This document shows positions 9,951 through 18,846 of a stretch of DNA of 49,037 bases, piece after piece; position 1 is the stretch's first letter; the number at the start of each line of letters is the position of its first letter. The position numbers and the translations under genes are program-made. The DNA comes from a virus (lineage: Duplodnaviria; Heunggongvirae; Uroviricota; Caudoviricetes): IMG/VR virus record IMGVR_UViG_2778261529_000004. One strand, written 5' to 3'. Under the pieces are notes generated by a model, which made no database searches, was not told where the DNA came from, and saw nothing but the letters and a program-made list of their open reading frames with translations.

Positions 9951-11075
9951 ATGGTTAAGGCTAAAAATATGCCAAATCCCATGCCAAAAACTAAGGCAAA
10001 CAATGAGCCTTATCGCAAGGTAAAAATAACGATATGGGATGATCCCAAATTTAGGGCGTTATCTCCTCTGCCTCCAAGTGGACAGAGTTTGTTTATTTAT
10101 CTGCTGACCAGTCCATTTACCGGGATTATTCCTGGGTTGTTTAAAGCCGGGCGGGCAGCAATGGCTGAAGAGTTGGGGTGGGATATCGAAGCCTTTGACT
10201 TAGCCTTAGGCGAAGCCATGAATCTTGGCATGGTGAAAGCAGATATCAAAGCCAGAGTTTTTTGGCTCCCGAATGCTGCGAAACACAATCCGCCAAACTC
10301 GATAAATGTCATTAAATCTTGGGCAAAGGCATTCGCTTTAATTCCTGATTGTCCTCTCAAATGGGAGGCCAGGGAATCGCTGAGAGCCGCGTCCTATGGG
10401 GTTTCTGAGGCTTTGGGGATGGCATTCGATAAGGCAATCCCTTTGCCTGAGGATAAGCCTAAGGATAAGGCTAACGCTTTGTCATGCGGTATCCAGATAA
10501 CAGATAACAGATATATAAACCCCACACATAACGCGCGCGTGCGCGAGAGTGCTCCGGCCAGTGAGGCAAATGGCGTGCCGTTGCAGACAGCGGAACCTGA
10601 TTACCTGGAAGGCCTGAACGAACCCATCGGGAAATTTCCGATGACTGATGGCTGGCATCCGTCGCTGGATTTTCGACGGCGGGCAGCTCTGTGGGGAGTG
10701 GCTCTGCCGGAGCCGGAATTTACACCAGCTGAACTTGCCGCCTTCCGGGACTACTGGGCAGCGGAGGGGAAAGTTTTCACGCAGGTTCAGTGGGAGCAGA
10801 AATTCGCCCGTCACGTAAATCACGTCAGGGCGCAGGTTAAACCAGTCAGCAAGGGGGTGAACCATGCAGCAGCACCAGGTGGCACCGCATCACGGGCAGT
10901 TCAGGAAATTCGGGCAGCACGTGAGCAGTGGGAACGTGAAAACGGATTTATCAGCGACGGAAACGGCCTGGAAGTTGTGGGAACTCATGGGGGAGGTTTA
11001 TTCGAACCGCTGGACCCAGAAGAACGGGGCCGCACCTTCGAAGCTCTGGATTGCACAGATTGGTGCGATGACTGA
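9951..11075 (+). CDS. Putative replication initiation/replisome-organiser protein
   Basis: First large gene after the immunity region; carries iteron-like direct repeats in its middle (as lambda O does); start chosen at the ATG after TGAGG (track ORF from 9897). Confidence 0.45.
   Translation: MVKAKNMPNPMPKTKANNEPYRKVKITIWDDPKFRALSPLPPSGQSLFIYLLTSPFTGIIPGLFKAGRAAMAEELGWDIEAFDLALGEAMNLGMVKADIKARVFWLPNAAKHNPPNSINVIKSWAKAFALIPDCPLKWEARESLRAASYGVSEALGMAFDKAIPLPEDKPKDKANALSCGIQITDNRYINPTHNARVRESAPASEANGVPLQTAEPDYLEGLNEPIGKFPMTDGWHPSLDFRRRAALWGVALPEPEFTPAELAAFRDYWAAEGKVFTQVQWEQKFARHVNHVRAQVKPVSKGVNHAAAPGGTASRAVQEIRAAREQWERENGFISDGNGLEVVGTHGGGLFEPLDPEERGRTFEALDCTDWCDD
10449..10520. repeat. Iteron-like direct repeats followed by an AT-rich stretch (candidate origin)
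   Basis: GAGGATAAGCCTAAGGATAAGGCTAAC followed by CCAGATAACAGATAACAGATATATAAA inside the putative replication gene. Confidence 0.35.
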
Positions 11076-11529
11076 GCAGCAAATCCGACAGGTCTGCCGC
11101 CAGTGCATGGACCGCTGCCGGACGGGTGAAACATGGCCTCCGGACCTGGCTGAGTTTGTGGCGCTGATTTCGGAAAGCGGGGCCAATCCATTCGGTCTGA
11201 CGGTGGATGCTGTGATGGAGGAGTACCGACGCTGGCGCAACAAGTCCTGGCGATACGACGGAAGCGATAAATACCCGTGGTCTCAGCCTGTGCTGTATCA
11301 CATTTGCCTTGAGATGCGCTCAAAGGGGATTGAGCGCCAGATGACCGAAGGGGAATTAAAACGGCTTGCAGAACGGCAGCTGACGAAATGGGCAAAGCAT
11401 GTTAGTAACGGCCTGAGCGTTCCGCCAGTCCGGCGACAACTGGCGGCACCCAAACGCCCGTCGGGGCCAACGCCAATTGAGTTACTGAAACAGGAATATG
11501 AACGCCGGAAAGCGGCTGGGTTTGTTTGA
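11068..11529 (+). CDS. Hypothetical protein, 153 aa
   Basis: ATG overlaps the upstream stop (ATGACTGA); track ORF extends to 10864 in a frame overlapping the upstream gene. Confidence 0.45.
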   Translation: MTEQQIRQVCRQCMDRCRTGETWPPDLAEFVALISESGANPFGLTVDAVMEEYRRWRNKSWRYDGSDKYPWSQPVLYHICLEMRSKGIERQMTEGELKRLAERQLTKWAKHVSNGLSVPPVRRQLAAPKRPSGPTPIELLKQEYERRKAAGFV

Positions 11530-11561
11530 GTTGAGAAGTAATTTTTACTGGGAGGAAATTT

Positions 11562-12323
11562 ATGGAGACTGTTTTTGACGCACTGAAAGCGATGGGAAAA
11601 GCCACGTCGGTAGAGCTGGCTGCGCGACTTGATATCAGTCGTGAAGAAGTACTGAACGAGCTGTGGGAACTGAAAAAGGCTGGCTTCGTTGATAAAAGCG
11701 TATACACCTGGCGTGTGGCTGATAACAACGTTCAGCAGGAACAGCCAGCGCCAGAAGAACAGCCGGAAGAAACCACCACGGCGACAGTAGCGAAAATCTC
11801 AGAGTGCGATTTAACCGCGACGATTGAACAACGCGGACCACAAACGGCGGATGAACTGGCTACGCTGTTCGGTACAACATCCCGCAAAGTGGCTTCAACG
11901 CTGGCAATGGCAATCAGCAAAGGTCGTCTGATTTGTGTTAATCAGAACGGTAAATTTCGTTACTGCATGCCGGGCGGTAATTTACCAGCAGAGCCGAAAG
12001 CGGCATCGGTAGCGGAAACTGATGGTAAAGCCTTTCCTCAGCCAGCGGGGGTTGCGTTACCAGTACAGGAGGTTGCAACACAGGAAGATATTAAAACAGA
12101 AACTGTGGCGGACATTGTGCAGTCGCTGCCATCGTTTACCGAAACGCGTGCGAATGACCTGATTTTACCATCGCTGCACATGGCAAACCGCGAACTGCGT
12201 CGGGCGAAAAATCATGTCCGGAAGTGGGAGCGAGTCTGCGCGGCGCTGCGGGAGCTGAACAAGCACCGGGATATTGTCCGACAGATTACGGATTCTTCCC
12301 GCCGTGTTGCATCGGAAAAGTGA
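11562..12323 (+). CDS. Hypothetical protein with two HTH-like segments, 253 aa
   Basis: Two similar segments ([31 protein letters not shown] and [30 protein letters not shown]); RBS GGGAGG upstream. Confidence 0.5.
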   Translation: METVFDALKAMGKATSVELAARLDISREEVLNELWELKKAGFVDKSVYTWRVADNNVQQEQPAPEEQPEETTTATVAKISECDLTATIEQRGPQTADELATLFGTTSRKVASTLAMAISKGRLICVNQNGKFRYCMPGGNLPAEPKAASVAETDGKAFPQPAGVALPVQEVATQEDIKTETVADIVQSLPSFTETRANDLILPSLHMANRELRRAKNHVRKWERVCAALRELNKHRDIVRQITDSSRRVASEK

Positions 12324-12338
12324 TTGCCGGAGGCGCTT

Positions 12339-12761
12339 ATGGCAAAAGTATTTACACAAGAAGAGCGGGAAAAAATTAAAGGGCAGGTGGTTGAACTCGT
12401 GCGCCAGAGCGGTCGTGAGACGTTACAGCAACTGGAAGCTAAAACAGGTGCGACAAGATATCTGATGAGCGTTCTTGCCAGAGAGCTGGTTGCCAGTGGC
12501 GATGTATACAACTCTGGCTATGGGTTATTTCCCTCTGAACAGGCTCGTAAGGATTGGCAAAACGCCCGCAAAAAACTATCCAGGGCAAAGGTGAAAAAAA
12601 CGGTTGTGGTTGATCCTGACCTTATCTGGTCATTACCAGACGGAGAAATACGCCGCTATGACAGGCGTCTGAATATAATCTGTAGCGAGTGCCGGCAGAG
12701 TGAGGTTATGCAGCGTGTGCTGGCGTTCTATCAGGGTAATTATCAGGAGGTGATGCTGTGA
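12339..12761 (+). CDS. Hypothetical protein, about 140 aa
   Basis: ATG (MAKVFT...) preceded by GGAGG; track ORF begins 5 codons upstream at a TTG. Confidence 0.45.
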   Translation: MAKVFTQEEREKIKGQVVELVRQSGRETLQQLEAKTGATRYLMSVLARELVASGDVYNSGYGLFPSEQARKDWQNARKKLSRAKVKKTVVVDPDLIWSLPDGEIRRYDRRLNIICSECRQSEVMQRVLAFYQGNYQEVML

Positions 12762-13231
12762 GTACACCGGTAACCATTCTTGATATGTGCTGTGGCAGCC
12801 GTATGTTCTGGTTCGATAAGAATGACGACCGGGCGATATTTAGCGATATCAGAAAGGAAGAGCACACATTGTGTGATGGACGATGCCTGATTATCAGTCC
12901 TGATCTGATAGCTGATTTTCGTGCACTACCATTTGCAGACGCATCTTTTTCGATGGTTATATTCGACCCTCCGCATCTTGAGCGTGTTGGTGATAACGCC
13001 TGGATGGGAAAGAAATATGGACGGCTGAATAAAGATACCTGGCGTGATGATTTGCGGCAGGGATTTAAAGAAGCCTTTCGTGTGTTGCGTCCATCCGGCG
13101 TTCTGATTTTTAAATGGAATGAAACGCAAATACCTGTTCGCCAGATATTGGTGCTGACCGACAGAAAACCTGTTATCGGTCAACGAACAGGAAAAAACGA
13201 TAAAACCCACTGGATTATTTTTATGAAATAG
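12758..13231 (+). CDS. Small phage Dam-like DNA N6-adenine methyltransferase (putative), 157 aa
   Basis: Motif-I-like LDMCCGSRMF and DPPY-like VIFDPPH in a short protein lacking an obvious target-recognition domain. Confidence 0.5.
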   Translation: MSTPVTILDMCCGSRMFWFDKNDDRAIFSDIRKEEHTLCDGRCLIISPDLIADFRALPFADASFSMVIFDPPHLERVGDNAWMGKKYGRLNKDTWRDDLRQGFKEAFRVLRPSGVLIFKWNETQIPVRQILVLTDRKPVIGQRTGKNDKTHWIIFMK

Positions 13232-13351
13232 GCATCCAGTGAGTAGGTTAGTAAGGTTACAGATACGTATATCTGAATAATTAAATTCAGTTCTGTAAAT
13301 AAAATTTAATCCTTAACCGGAGGGATTTCTGCACCCTCAAATAATCAGGAG

Positions 13352-13369
13352 GCCGCCCAAAAGGGCGGC
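13352..13369. terminator. GC hairpin between convergent genes (weak terminator candidate)
   Basis: GCCGCCC-AAAA-GGGCGGC stem-loop; no clear U-tract. Confidence 0.3.
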
Positions 13370-13380
13370 TGTTCCGCTGT

Positions 13381-13935
13381 TCAATTATCTAAAATTGTGC
13401 TAAATCTTTTTATTACCATTAAGAACGTTATAACAGTGATAAAAAAGGATGTATAGGCTAAAAAGCTAACAATATATGCAGGTGCGCGAAAATACCATTT
13501 CATTAAATCCACTGCATTGTCAGGCAGGAAATATATTATCACTGAAAATATAACCAATACTATTGAAGTTAATATTGCATAAGCGACGTTGTGGCATAAC
13601 TGCTCATATATGGTTTTGTTAGTGTTTAATGATATCAATTTGTCTCGGGATTTGTTTCCTTCAATTATGTCTGATATCTTAGTGATGGTTTTTTGTTTTT
13701 GTTCATAAATCATTATTACTGCACTCATTAATAGTGCTGTTGTAATAGCCCCGAAGTTAACAAAGACGGAAGCAATTGCCGGTTTCATTATTCCGTATGT
13801 CCAGCACAGAACGAAAGAAAGAGATAACGGAACAATAAAATGTACGATAATGTCGCTCATCAACATTGTTCCACGCTGATCTGACATTGTTTTGTAGTGT
13901 TTTATTATTACACCCAGTACATTTATTTTATTCAT
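13381..13935 (-). CDS. Small integral membrane protein with four predicted TM helices (candidate effector), 184 aa
   Basis: Four long hydrophobic segments (IIVHFIVPLSLSFVLCWTYGI, FGAITTALLMSAVIMIY, VAYAILTSIVLVIFSVIIYFL, YIVSFLAYTSFFITVITFLMVI); ATG overlaps the upstream stop (ATGA); markedly AT-rich. Confidence 0.7.
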   Translation of the reverse strand: MNKINVLGVIIKHYKTMSDQRGTMLMSDIIVHFIVPLSLSFVLCWTYGIMKPAIASVFVNFGAITTALLMSAVIMIYEQKQKTITKISDIIEGNKSRDKLISLNTNKTIYEQLCHNVAYAILTSIVLVIFSVIIYFLPDNAVDLMKWYFRAPAYIVSFLAYTSFFITVITFLMVIKRFSTILDN

Positions 13936-14864
13936 ATAATCACCCCTTTGTTTCCGCTATGCAGTTCTAACAATATATCATTAGAAAGGTTTTTTATCGT
14001 GTCATGAAGTGCTGTTAGATCAGGTATGCCTGTTAATGGGTCGATTTTTAGATCATTATCATCTAACTCTGCGGAAATTCCTTTTTTTAGTATGGTATCA
14101 TAATTGAAAACGACAGTCCGACTGCCGAGTTGTAAGCTTACTTTTATTGCATCACATTTATCTTCAATAATCTCAATGATGTTTCCTATATTCTTGTTTC
14201 TTAAATCTCTGAAACTTCCGAACATGCCATCGTTTGCTTTTATTATTAAGTCTGTCTTGATGTTTGTTTTGTTTTGACCAAAGGAATCAGCAATGTCTTT
14301 TGGTGCTTTATATCCTTGAGCCTTAATTTGTTTTAATTCGGAATTGAGAATATATTGAGGGATTTTCTTATGATGTAATGGATTGATTCTTGCTTCGAGT
14401 TGAAATTTGTTTTTTAGATATTCAGTGATAGAATCAGAAAGGACACCTCGAGCAGAAATATTATCGCAAGAGTGGAATGCAATAATTCCTTCTTCAAGGG
14501 CGTCTGGTAGGTATATTAAAATATAACGTTCTTTGAGTGTTACATCATAAGCAGTTGTCCTATAGTGGATTTTTTTGAGTTTTACATCTTTTATTTCACT
14601 GCTTTCTCCATATTTCCCAACTTTTATATAACCATATATAATTTTTTTTGAGTTATCAAAGTGAAGTTTAGCGTGTTGTTCCAGAGATATTTTAGTTTTG
14701 GATACGCCAAACTCGATGGGGGTGTTTTTATATAGAGTAAAATAATCAACAAAAAGTTCATATGCCGTTTTTTTATTACTTAAACCCAATTCATTAAGTT
14801 TTTTGCTGGCTCGACTGCCTTTATGGGTCAAGACGCGGAATGAATAGAAATTAACGCTGTGCAT
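13932..14864 (-). CDS. Hypothetical soluble protein (candidate sensor), 310 aa
   Basis: Lys/Ile/Asn-rich AT-rich ORF, first gene of a two-gene minus-strand operon inside a plus-strand gene block; RBS AAGGA upstream of ATG. Confidence 0.7.
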   Translation of the reverse strand: MHSVNFYSFRVLTHKGSRASKKLNELGLSNKKTAYELFVDYFTLYKNTPIEFGVSKTKISLEQHAKLHFDNSKKIIYGYIKVGKYGESSEIKDVKLKKIHYRTTAYDVTLKERYILIYLPDALEEGIIAFHSCDNISARGVLSDSITEYLKNKFQLEARINPLHHKKIPQYILNSELKQIKAQGYKAPKDIADSFGQNKTNIKTDLIIKANDGMFGSFRDLRNKNIGNIIEIIEDKCDAIKVSLQLGSRTVVFNYDTILKKGISAELDDNDLKIDPLTGIPDLTALHDTIKNLSNDILLELHSGNKGVII

Positions 14865-14882
14865 GAAAAGTCCTTTTGAACA

Positions 14883-14915
14883 TATAGGAATATACTAGAA
14901 CATAAATAGATGCAA
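14883..14915 (-). promoter_or_regulatory. Candidate sigma70-like promoter for the two-gene cassette
   Basis: On the minus strand TTGCAT, about 15 nt spacer, TATATT, then RBS and ATG; weak and not validated. Confidence 0.25.
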
Positions 14916-15267
14916 TGCATAAAGGAAAAGCTACCGCAGGGCGAACTCACCCACCGATAGCTCTTAACTGGTTGTTTGTAAAAGATAATACATAAATTGG
15001 GGGCTGTGTAAAGAGGTAAGCATCGTCAGGGCAAGGGAGATGTGTTAGGCGATATTGGTAAAATTTTCGTTGAGGATAAAAACGGTTTGCGGGAAAAGGA
15101 GAGTTAAGTAGAATTGCTGCGGGTGCTTGAGGCTATCTGCCTCGGGCATGAACACCAACGGCAGATAGATAAAAGCCCCACCCGACTATAAATCGAAGTG
15201 AGGCCCCTATATGCTCGTCACATATAGATTGCCTCTTACTGACCGAAAGGTCAAGGAGAAGCAGGCT

Positions 15268-15423
15268 ATGAAGCAGCAAAAGGCGATGTTAATCGCCCTG
15301 ATCGTCATCTGTTTAACCGTCATAGTGACGGCACTGGTAACGAGGAAAGACCTCTGCGAGGTACGAATCCGAACCGGGCAGACGGAGGTCGCTGTCTTCA
15401 CAGCTTACGAACCTGAGGAGTAA
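15268..15423 (+). CDS. Hok/Gef-family type I toxin (51 aa)
   Basis: MKQQKAMLIALIVICLTVIVTALVTRKDLCEVRIRTGQTEVAVFTAYEPEE resembles Hok-family toxins (single TM, RK.LCE.R motif, AAF.AYE C-terminus); the in-frame track ORF extends upstream to 15211. Confidence 0.7.
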   Translation: MKQQKAMLIALIVICLTVIVTALVTRKDLCEVRIRTGQTEVAVFTAYEPEE

Positions 15424-15493
15424 GAGACCTGGCGGGGGAGAAATCTCCCGCCACCTCTGATGTGTCAGGCATCCTCAATGCACCCACACTTAA

Positions 15494-15517
15494 CCCGCTT
15501 CGGCGGGTTTTTGTTTT
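15494..15517 (+). terminator. Intrinsic terminator after the hok-like gene
   Basis: CCCGC-TTCG-GCGGG hairpin followed by a T-run. Confidence 0.6.
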
Positions 15518-15643
15518 TATTTTCAACGCGTTTGAAGTTTTGGATAGTGCCGGAATAGAATCAAAAATACTTAAGTAGCGTGCAGGGAGAAGAGGGATGG
15601 ACCCCGAACAGGGGAGTGCTATTTATCTGGAAGGATTCTGTTG

Positions 15644-15817
15644 ATGAAAATCGAAGAATTACGTGAAATTTTTAGTGAAGATGGCCTCTATGCTGTGCGC
15701 GTTGAGAATGGAGAAGTTATCTACACAACGTTAATTCCTGATGATCATGTGATTTTATCTATCGAGGCATTCATTGAATACCTGGAAAGGCTCGGTTTCA
15801 AGGTGGTTCGGGAATGA
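15644..15817 (+). CDS. Hypothetical small protein (57 aa)
   Basis: Hand-translated ORF MKIEELREIFSEDGLYAVRVENGEVIYTTLIPDDHVILSIEAFIEYLERLGFKVVRE with upstream GGAAGGA; below the track cut-off. Confidence 0.3.
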   Translation: MKIEELREIFSEDGLYAVRVENGEVIYTTLIPDDHVILSIEAFIEYLERLGFKVVRE

Positions 15818-15876
15818 GTTATAATTCGTAAGCCAGCCTGAACAACTGGCAACCTACAGCGCCATTGGAGATAGCA

Positions 15877-16476
15877 ATGGCGCATATACAACTGGTCAAA
15901 CAAACCTCTTCCGGATTACTTCTCCCGGCGACGCCGGAGAGTTGCGATTTTCTGCATCAAATCAAAATAGGTGAGTGGATACACGCAGACTTTAAGCGTG
16001 TGCGTAACTACGCATTCCACAAGCGTTTTTTCAAACTCCTGCAACTGGGTTTCGATTACTGGACTCCGGTCGGTGGGGCGATCACGCCTCGCGAACGAAA
16101 ACTGGTGTCCGGTTTCGTTGATTACCTGTGTGAATCAGTAGGCCGGGAACATACGCCAGCTCTGAGCGAAGCCGCAGAGCAATATCTGAATACAGTTGCG
16201 ACACACAGAACCCGTGATACGGCATTGCTAAAGTCGTTTGAGGCTTTCCGCGAGTGGGTAACCATTCAGGCCGGATTTTACACCGAGCATATTTATCCGG
16301 ACGGTAGTCGTGGGCGTCGGGCGAAATCCATCGCGTTTGCGAATATGGACGAAACCGAGTTTCAGCAGGTTTATAAATCTGTACTGAATGTGCTGTGGAA
16401 CTGGATTCTGTTCCGTAAATTTTCCTCTCCGGAACAAGTCGAAAATGTGGCCGCGCAGCTACTGGAGTTTGCGTAA
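15877..16476 (+). CDS. nin-region hypothetical protein (about 199 aa)
   Basis: ORF preceding ybcO-like and Q-like genes; start chosen at the ATG after GGAGATAG. Confidence 0.5.
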   Translation: MAHIQLVKQTSSGLLLPATPESCDFLHQIKIGEWIHADFKRVRNYAFHKRFFKLLQLGFDYWTPVGGAITPRERKLVSGFVDYLCESVGREHTPALSEAAEQYLNTVATHRTRDTALLKSFEAFREWVTIQAGFYTEHIYPDGSRGRRAKSIAFANMDETEFQQVYKSVLNVLWNWILFRKFSSPEQVENVAAQLLEFA

Positions 16477-16766
16477 TGGTGGATTTACGTAAAGCGGCGC
16501 GGGGCCAGATGTGCCAGGTCAGAATCCCTGGCTACTGCAATCACAATCCCGAAACTTCTGTGCTGGCGCATTACAGGTTGGCGGGAACGTGCGGAACGGC
16601 GATAAAGCCACACGATATGCAGGCAGCGATTGCCTGTAGCTCGTGCCACGATTTAATCGACGGGCGGGTAAAAACAAGCGATTACACCAAAGAAGAATTA
16701 CGCCTGATGCATGCAGAAGGTGTTTTTCGCACGCAAGAAATCTGGAGAAAGGAAGGTTATTTATGA
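16476..16766 (+). CDS. YbcO-like nin-region protein with Cys/His cluster, 96 aa
   Basis: MVDLRKAARGQMCQVRIPGYCNHNPETSVLAHYRLAGTCG...CSSCHDLIDGR resembles the remembered DLP12 YbcO. Confidence 0.55.
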   Translation: MVDLRKAARGQMCQVRIPGYCNHNPETSVLAHYRLAGTCGTAIKPHDMQAAIACSSCHDLIDGRVKTSDYTKEELRLMHAEGVFRTQEIWRKEGYL

Positions 16767-17305
16767 TTTACCCAACAAATACAGGCAAAAGCGGGGAACA
16801 CCTTCGTCTCACCACGCTGGAAAGTGTCTGGATTCAGGGAAAACTGCGCATGTGGGGGCGCTGGTCGTATATTGGCGGCGGTAAGACGGGGAATATGTTC
16901 AACCAGTTGTTGGCCTCTAAAAAGCTGACAAAAACGGCAATTAACGAGGCGCTCCGGAGGATGAAAAAAGCAGGTCTGAACAAGTCTGAACTTGAGGCTT
17001 TTTTGCGGGATATGATTAACGGTAAGCAAAAGAGCTGGCTGGCGCATTGTACTGATGCAGAGGCGTTATGTATTGATCGGGTCATAAGTGAGGTGCTGGC
17101 AGAGCATCCAGGATTGATTAGCGTCCTTCGTCAACGGTATGAGGGGCGGGGGATGACCAAACGCAAAATGGCTGAATTGCTAAATGATGCACACCCAGAG
17201 TGGTGTTTTAGCACATGCGAAAAGCGAATTGCTAATTGGTTGGCCGTTGCTGAGTATGCGCTATACATTCCTATGCGAGAATCATTCGCTCAAAAAACGG
17301 CTTGA
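16763..17305 (+). CDS. Late-gene antiterminator Q-like protein (about 180 aa)
   Basis: ATG overlaps the upstream stop (ATGA) with AAGGAAGG upstream; RMWGRWSYIGGG motif resembles Q-family antiterminators; sits just upstream of terminator and lysis genes. Confidence 0.55.
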   Translation: MIYPTNTGKSGEHLRLTTLESVWIQGKLRMWGRWSYIGGGKTGNMFNQLLASKKLTKTAINEALRRMKKAGLNKSELEAFLRDMINGKQKSWLAHCTDAEALCIDRVISEVLAEHPGLISVLRQRYEGRGMTKRKMAELLNDAHPEWCFSTCEKRIANWLAVAEYALYIPMRESFAQKTA

Positions 17306-17389
17306 TTTTTTACGCATAAACCGCTTCAATTTTGCTAAGCTTCGCAAAGCTGTATCGCGAGGTGAACCAAGCGCATGAACTTTGATACA

Positions 17390-17412
17390 ACCCGCCATTG
17401 AGCGGGTTTTTT
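17390..17412 (+). terminator. Intrinsic terminator downstream of Q (tR'-like)
   Basis: A-CCCGC-CATTGA-GCGGG-T hairpin followed by TTTTTT, about 85 nt after the Q-like stop. Confidence 0.55.
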
Positions 17413-17534
17413 ATGTCCGAAAAACGGCAGAGAACATAAAACGTGCTGGTGGTTGCGAATACTGGTCTTTCGGCTTGTATTTTTGTAAATCGATATATAC
17501 TTATCTTGTGACCAGTAATGTCAGGGCAATTGAT

Positions 17535-18278
17535 ATGAATGAAGCCTGTTCTGTTGTTTTTGTTCATTCCCCGTTTGTTGTGCTCTTTGAAGGAAAAGAG
17601 CTCTCTCTTGAAAGTGGTAGTGCACTTCTTGTCAGGGGGGGAGCTGGATCGTTATTGCCCTTTTCGGAATGTTTTCGGCGAATAAGTCTCAGTGAATCGA
17701 CAATTAGCCGTTACCTGTTGTGTGGAGACGAAAAACAGGATGTAGTTTTAGTCCGGCAAATACCACGATATCTTTGCGTGAGTTTTCCGAAGGCAGAATT
17801 GATGGGCATCCTGATTGATTATCTTTGTGAGGAAAAGATTCATACGGACAATTTAGCGGAAATGCTTTCCTTTTCGTGTCTGGCGTTTTTCTCATCAGAG
17901 AAGATGTTTTCGTCGTTTCTGACCGCGTGTATTAGCAATATTAGTGACAGGCTTAGTGCATTGTTTCGTACGGACATTGCAGCAAACTGGACTCTGAGAG
18001 ATGTGTCTTCGCGGTTATGTATCAGTGAAAGTTTGTTAAAAAAAAGACTGAAAGAAGAAGGCACCTGTTTCAGTGAGTTGTTGCTTACAGAGAGAATGAG
18101 AATGGCAGCAATGCTGTTGAATCAATCTCGTTGCGCCATCAACAGAATCGCTGCTCAGTGCGGCTATAATTTTACATCTTATTTTATCAGCGTATTCAGG
18201 AGTTATTTTGGTGTTACACCGGCAGGTTACAGGATGGCTGCATTCAATGAGATGAGTTTAAGTGTTACTCAAGAATAA
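17535..18278 (+). CDS. AraC/XylS-family transcriptional regulator (moron), about 247 aa
   Basis: C-terminal AraC-type HTH (WTLRDVSSRLCISESLLKKRLKEEG ... INRIAAQCGYNFTSYFISVFRSYFGVTPAGYR); start chosen at MNEACSV; relatively AT-rich. Confidence 0.75.
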   Translation: MNEACSVVFVHSPFVVLFEGKELSLESGSALLVRGGAGSLLPFSECFRRISLSESTISRYLLCGDEKQDVVLVRQIPRYLCVSFPKAELMGILIDYLCEEKIHTDNLAEMLSFSCLAFFSSEKMFSSFLTACISNISDRLSALFRTDIAANWTLRDVSSRLCISESLLKKRLKEEGTCFSELLLTERMRMAAMLLNQSRCAINRIAAQCGYNFTSYFISVFRSYFGVTPAGYRMAAFNEMSLSVTQE

Positions 18279-18412
18279 TTGAATTTTGCACTCATTGAAA
18301 ACAGGCTCGCTGCGGCGGGCCTTTTTCATATCCGCGCCGCGCCCGGCGCACATCACATCAGATAACACCACACAAAAGGCATCTGCGGGTGCCTTTGACA
18401 GGGTGTTTTTAC

Positions 18413-18434
18413 GGGCCGCTGGAGGCCCTTTTTT
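18413..18434 (+). terminator. Hairpin plus T-run just upstream of the holin RBS
   Basis: GGGCC-GCTGGA-GGCCC followed by TTTTTT; a second hairpin (AAAGGCA...TGCCTTT) lies just upstream. Confidence 0.45.
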
Positions 18435-18453
18435 ATTTGTGGGAGGAAAAAGC

Positions 18454-18846
18454 ATGTCTGAACCCTTATCCGGTTCCGGTACGGCTGTGGCGCTCGGCGG
18501 GGCGACGGTATTCGGGCTGTTTACCGGAACGGATTTCGGGATTGTGTTTGGTGCGTTCGCCGGGGCGTTATTTGTGGCAACGATGCCGCAGGCGCTTTCA
18601 GCCTGGCGTGTGGCGGCGCATTTTCTGGTGTCGTTCATTATCGGCGTGCTGGGCGCAGAGGTTCTGGCATCCTGGCTGGTAAAGCATACAGGGTTTGACG
18701 GTGCGCCTGTCGACGCACTGTGTGCAGTGCTGGTGTCAGTGGTGTCGGTGAAGATTCTCTCGTTCATCCACCAGCAGGATATTGCATCACTGGTGTCCGG
18801 CCTGTTCTCCCGTCTGCGGGGTGGAGGAGGCGGCAATGTTAAGTAA
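18454..18846 (+). CDS. Putative holin (three hydrophobic segments), 130 aa
   Basis: RBS GGGAGG then 7 nt then ATG; hydrophobic segments and a charged Gly-rich C-terminus; directly upstream of the endolysin. Confidence 0.55.
   Translation: MSEPLSGSGTAVALGGATVFGLFTGTDFGIVFGAFAGALFVATMPQALSAWRVAAHFLVSFIIGVLGAEVLASWLVKHTGFDGAPVDALCAVLVSVVSVKILSFIHQQDIASLVSGLFSRLRGGGGGNVK

Noticed and set aside
10482-11395. Minus-strand ORFs (81-136 aa) overlapping the replication genes
   Set aside because: Antisense shadow ORFs in a GC-rich coding region with Arg/Ser/Pro-rich translations; the plus-strand genes have coupled start/stop architecture.
15211-15267. Upstream in-frame extension of the hok-like ORF (70-aa track ORF) as the real toxin start
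   Set aside because: The Hok-like peptide begins at MKQQKAM with a good RBS (AAGGAGAAG); the extension is more likely the mok-like regulatory frame than part of the toxin.
17306-18300. Possibility that the cargo at the Q-to-lysis junction encodes a toxin such as Shiga toxin
   Set aside because: The only substantial ORF has a clear AraC-type HTH domain; no A/B toxin subunit-like ORFs with signal peptides are present.
18258-18836. 192-aa minus-strand ORF and a 97-aa plus-strand alternative-frame ORF over the holin region
   Set aside because: They overlap the holin gene, which has a strong RBS and sits in lysis-cassette context; translations are Pro/Ala/Thr-rich without structure-like features.
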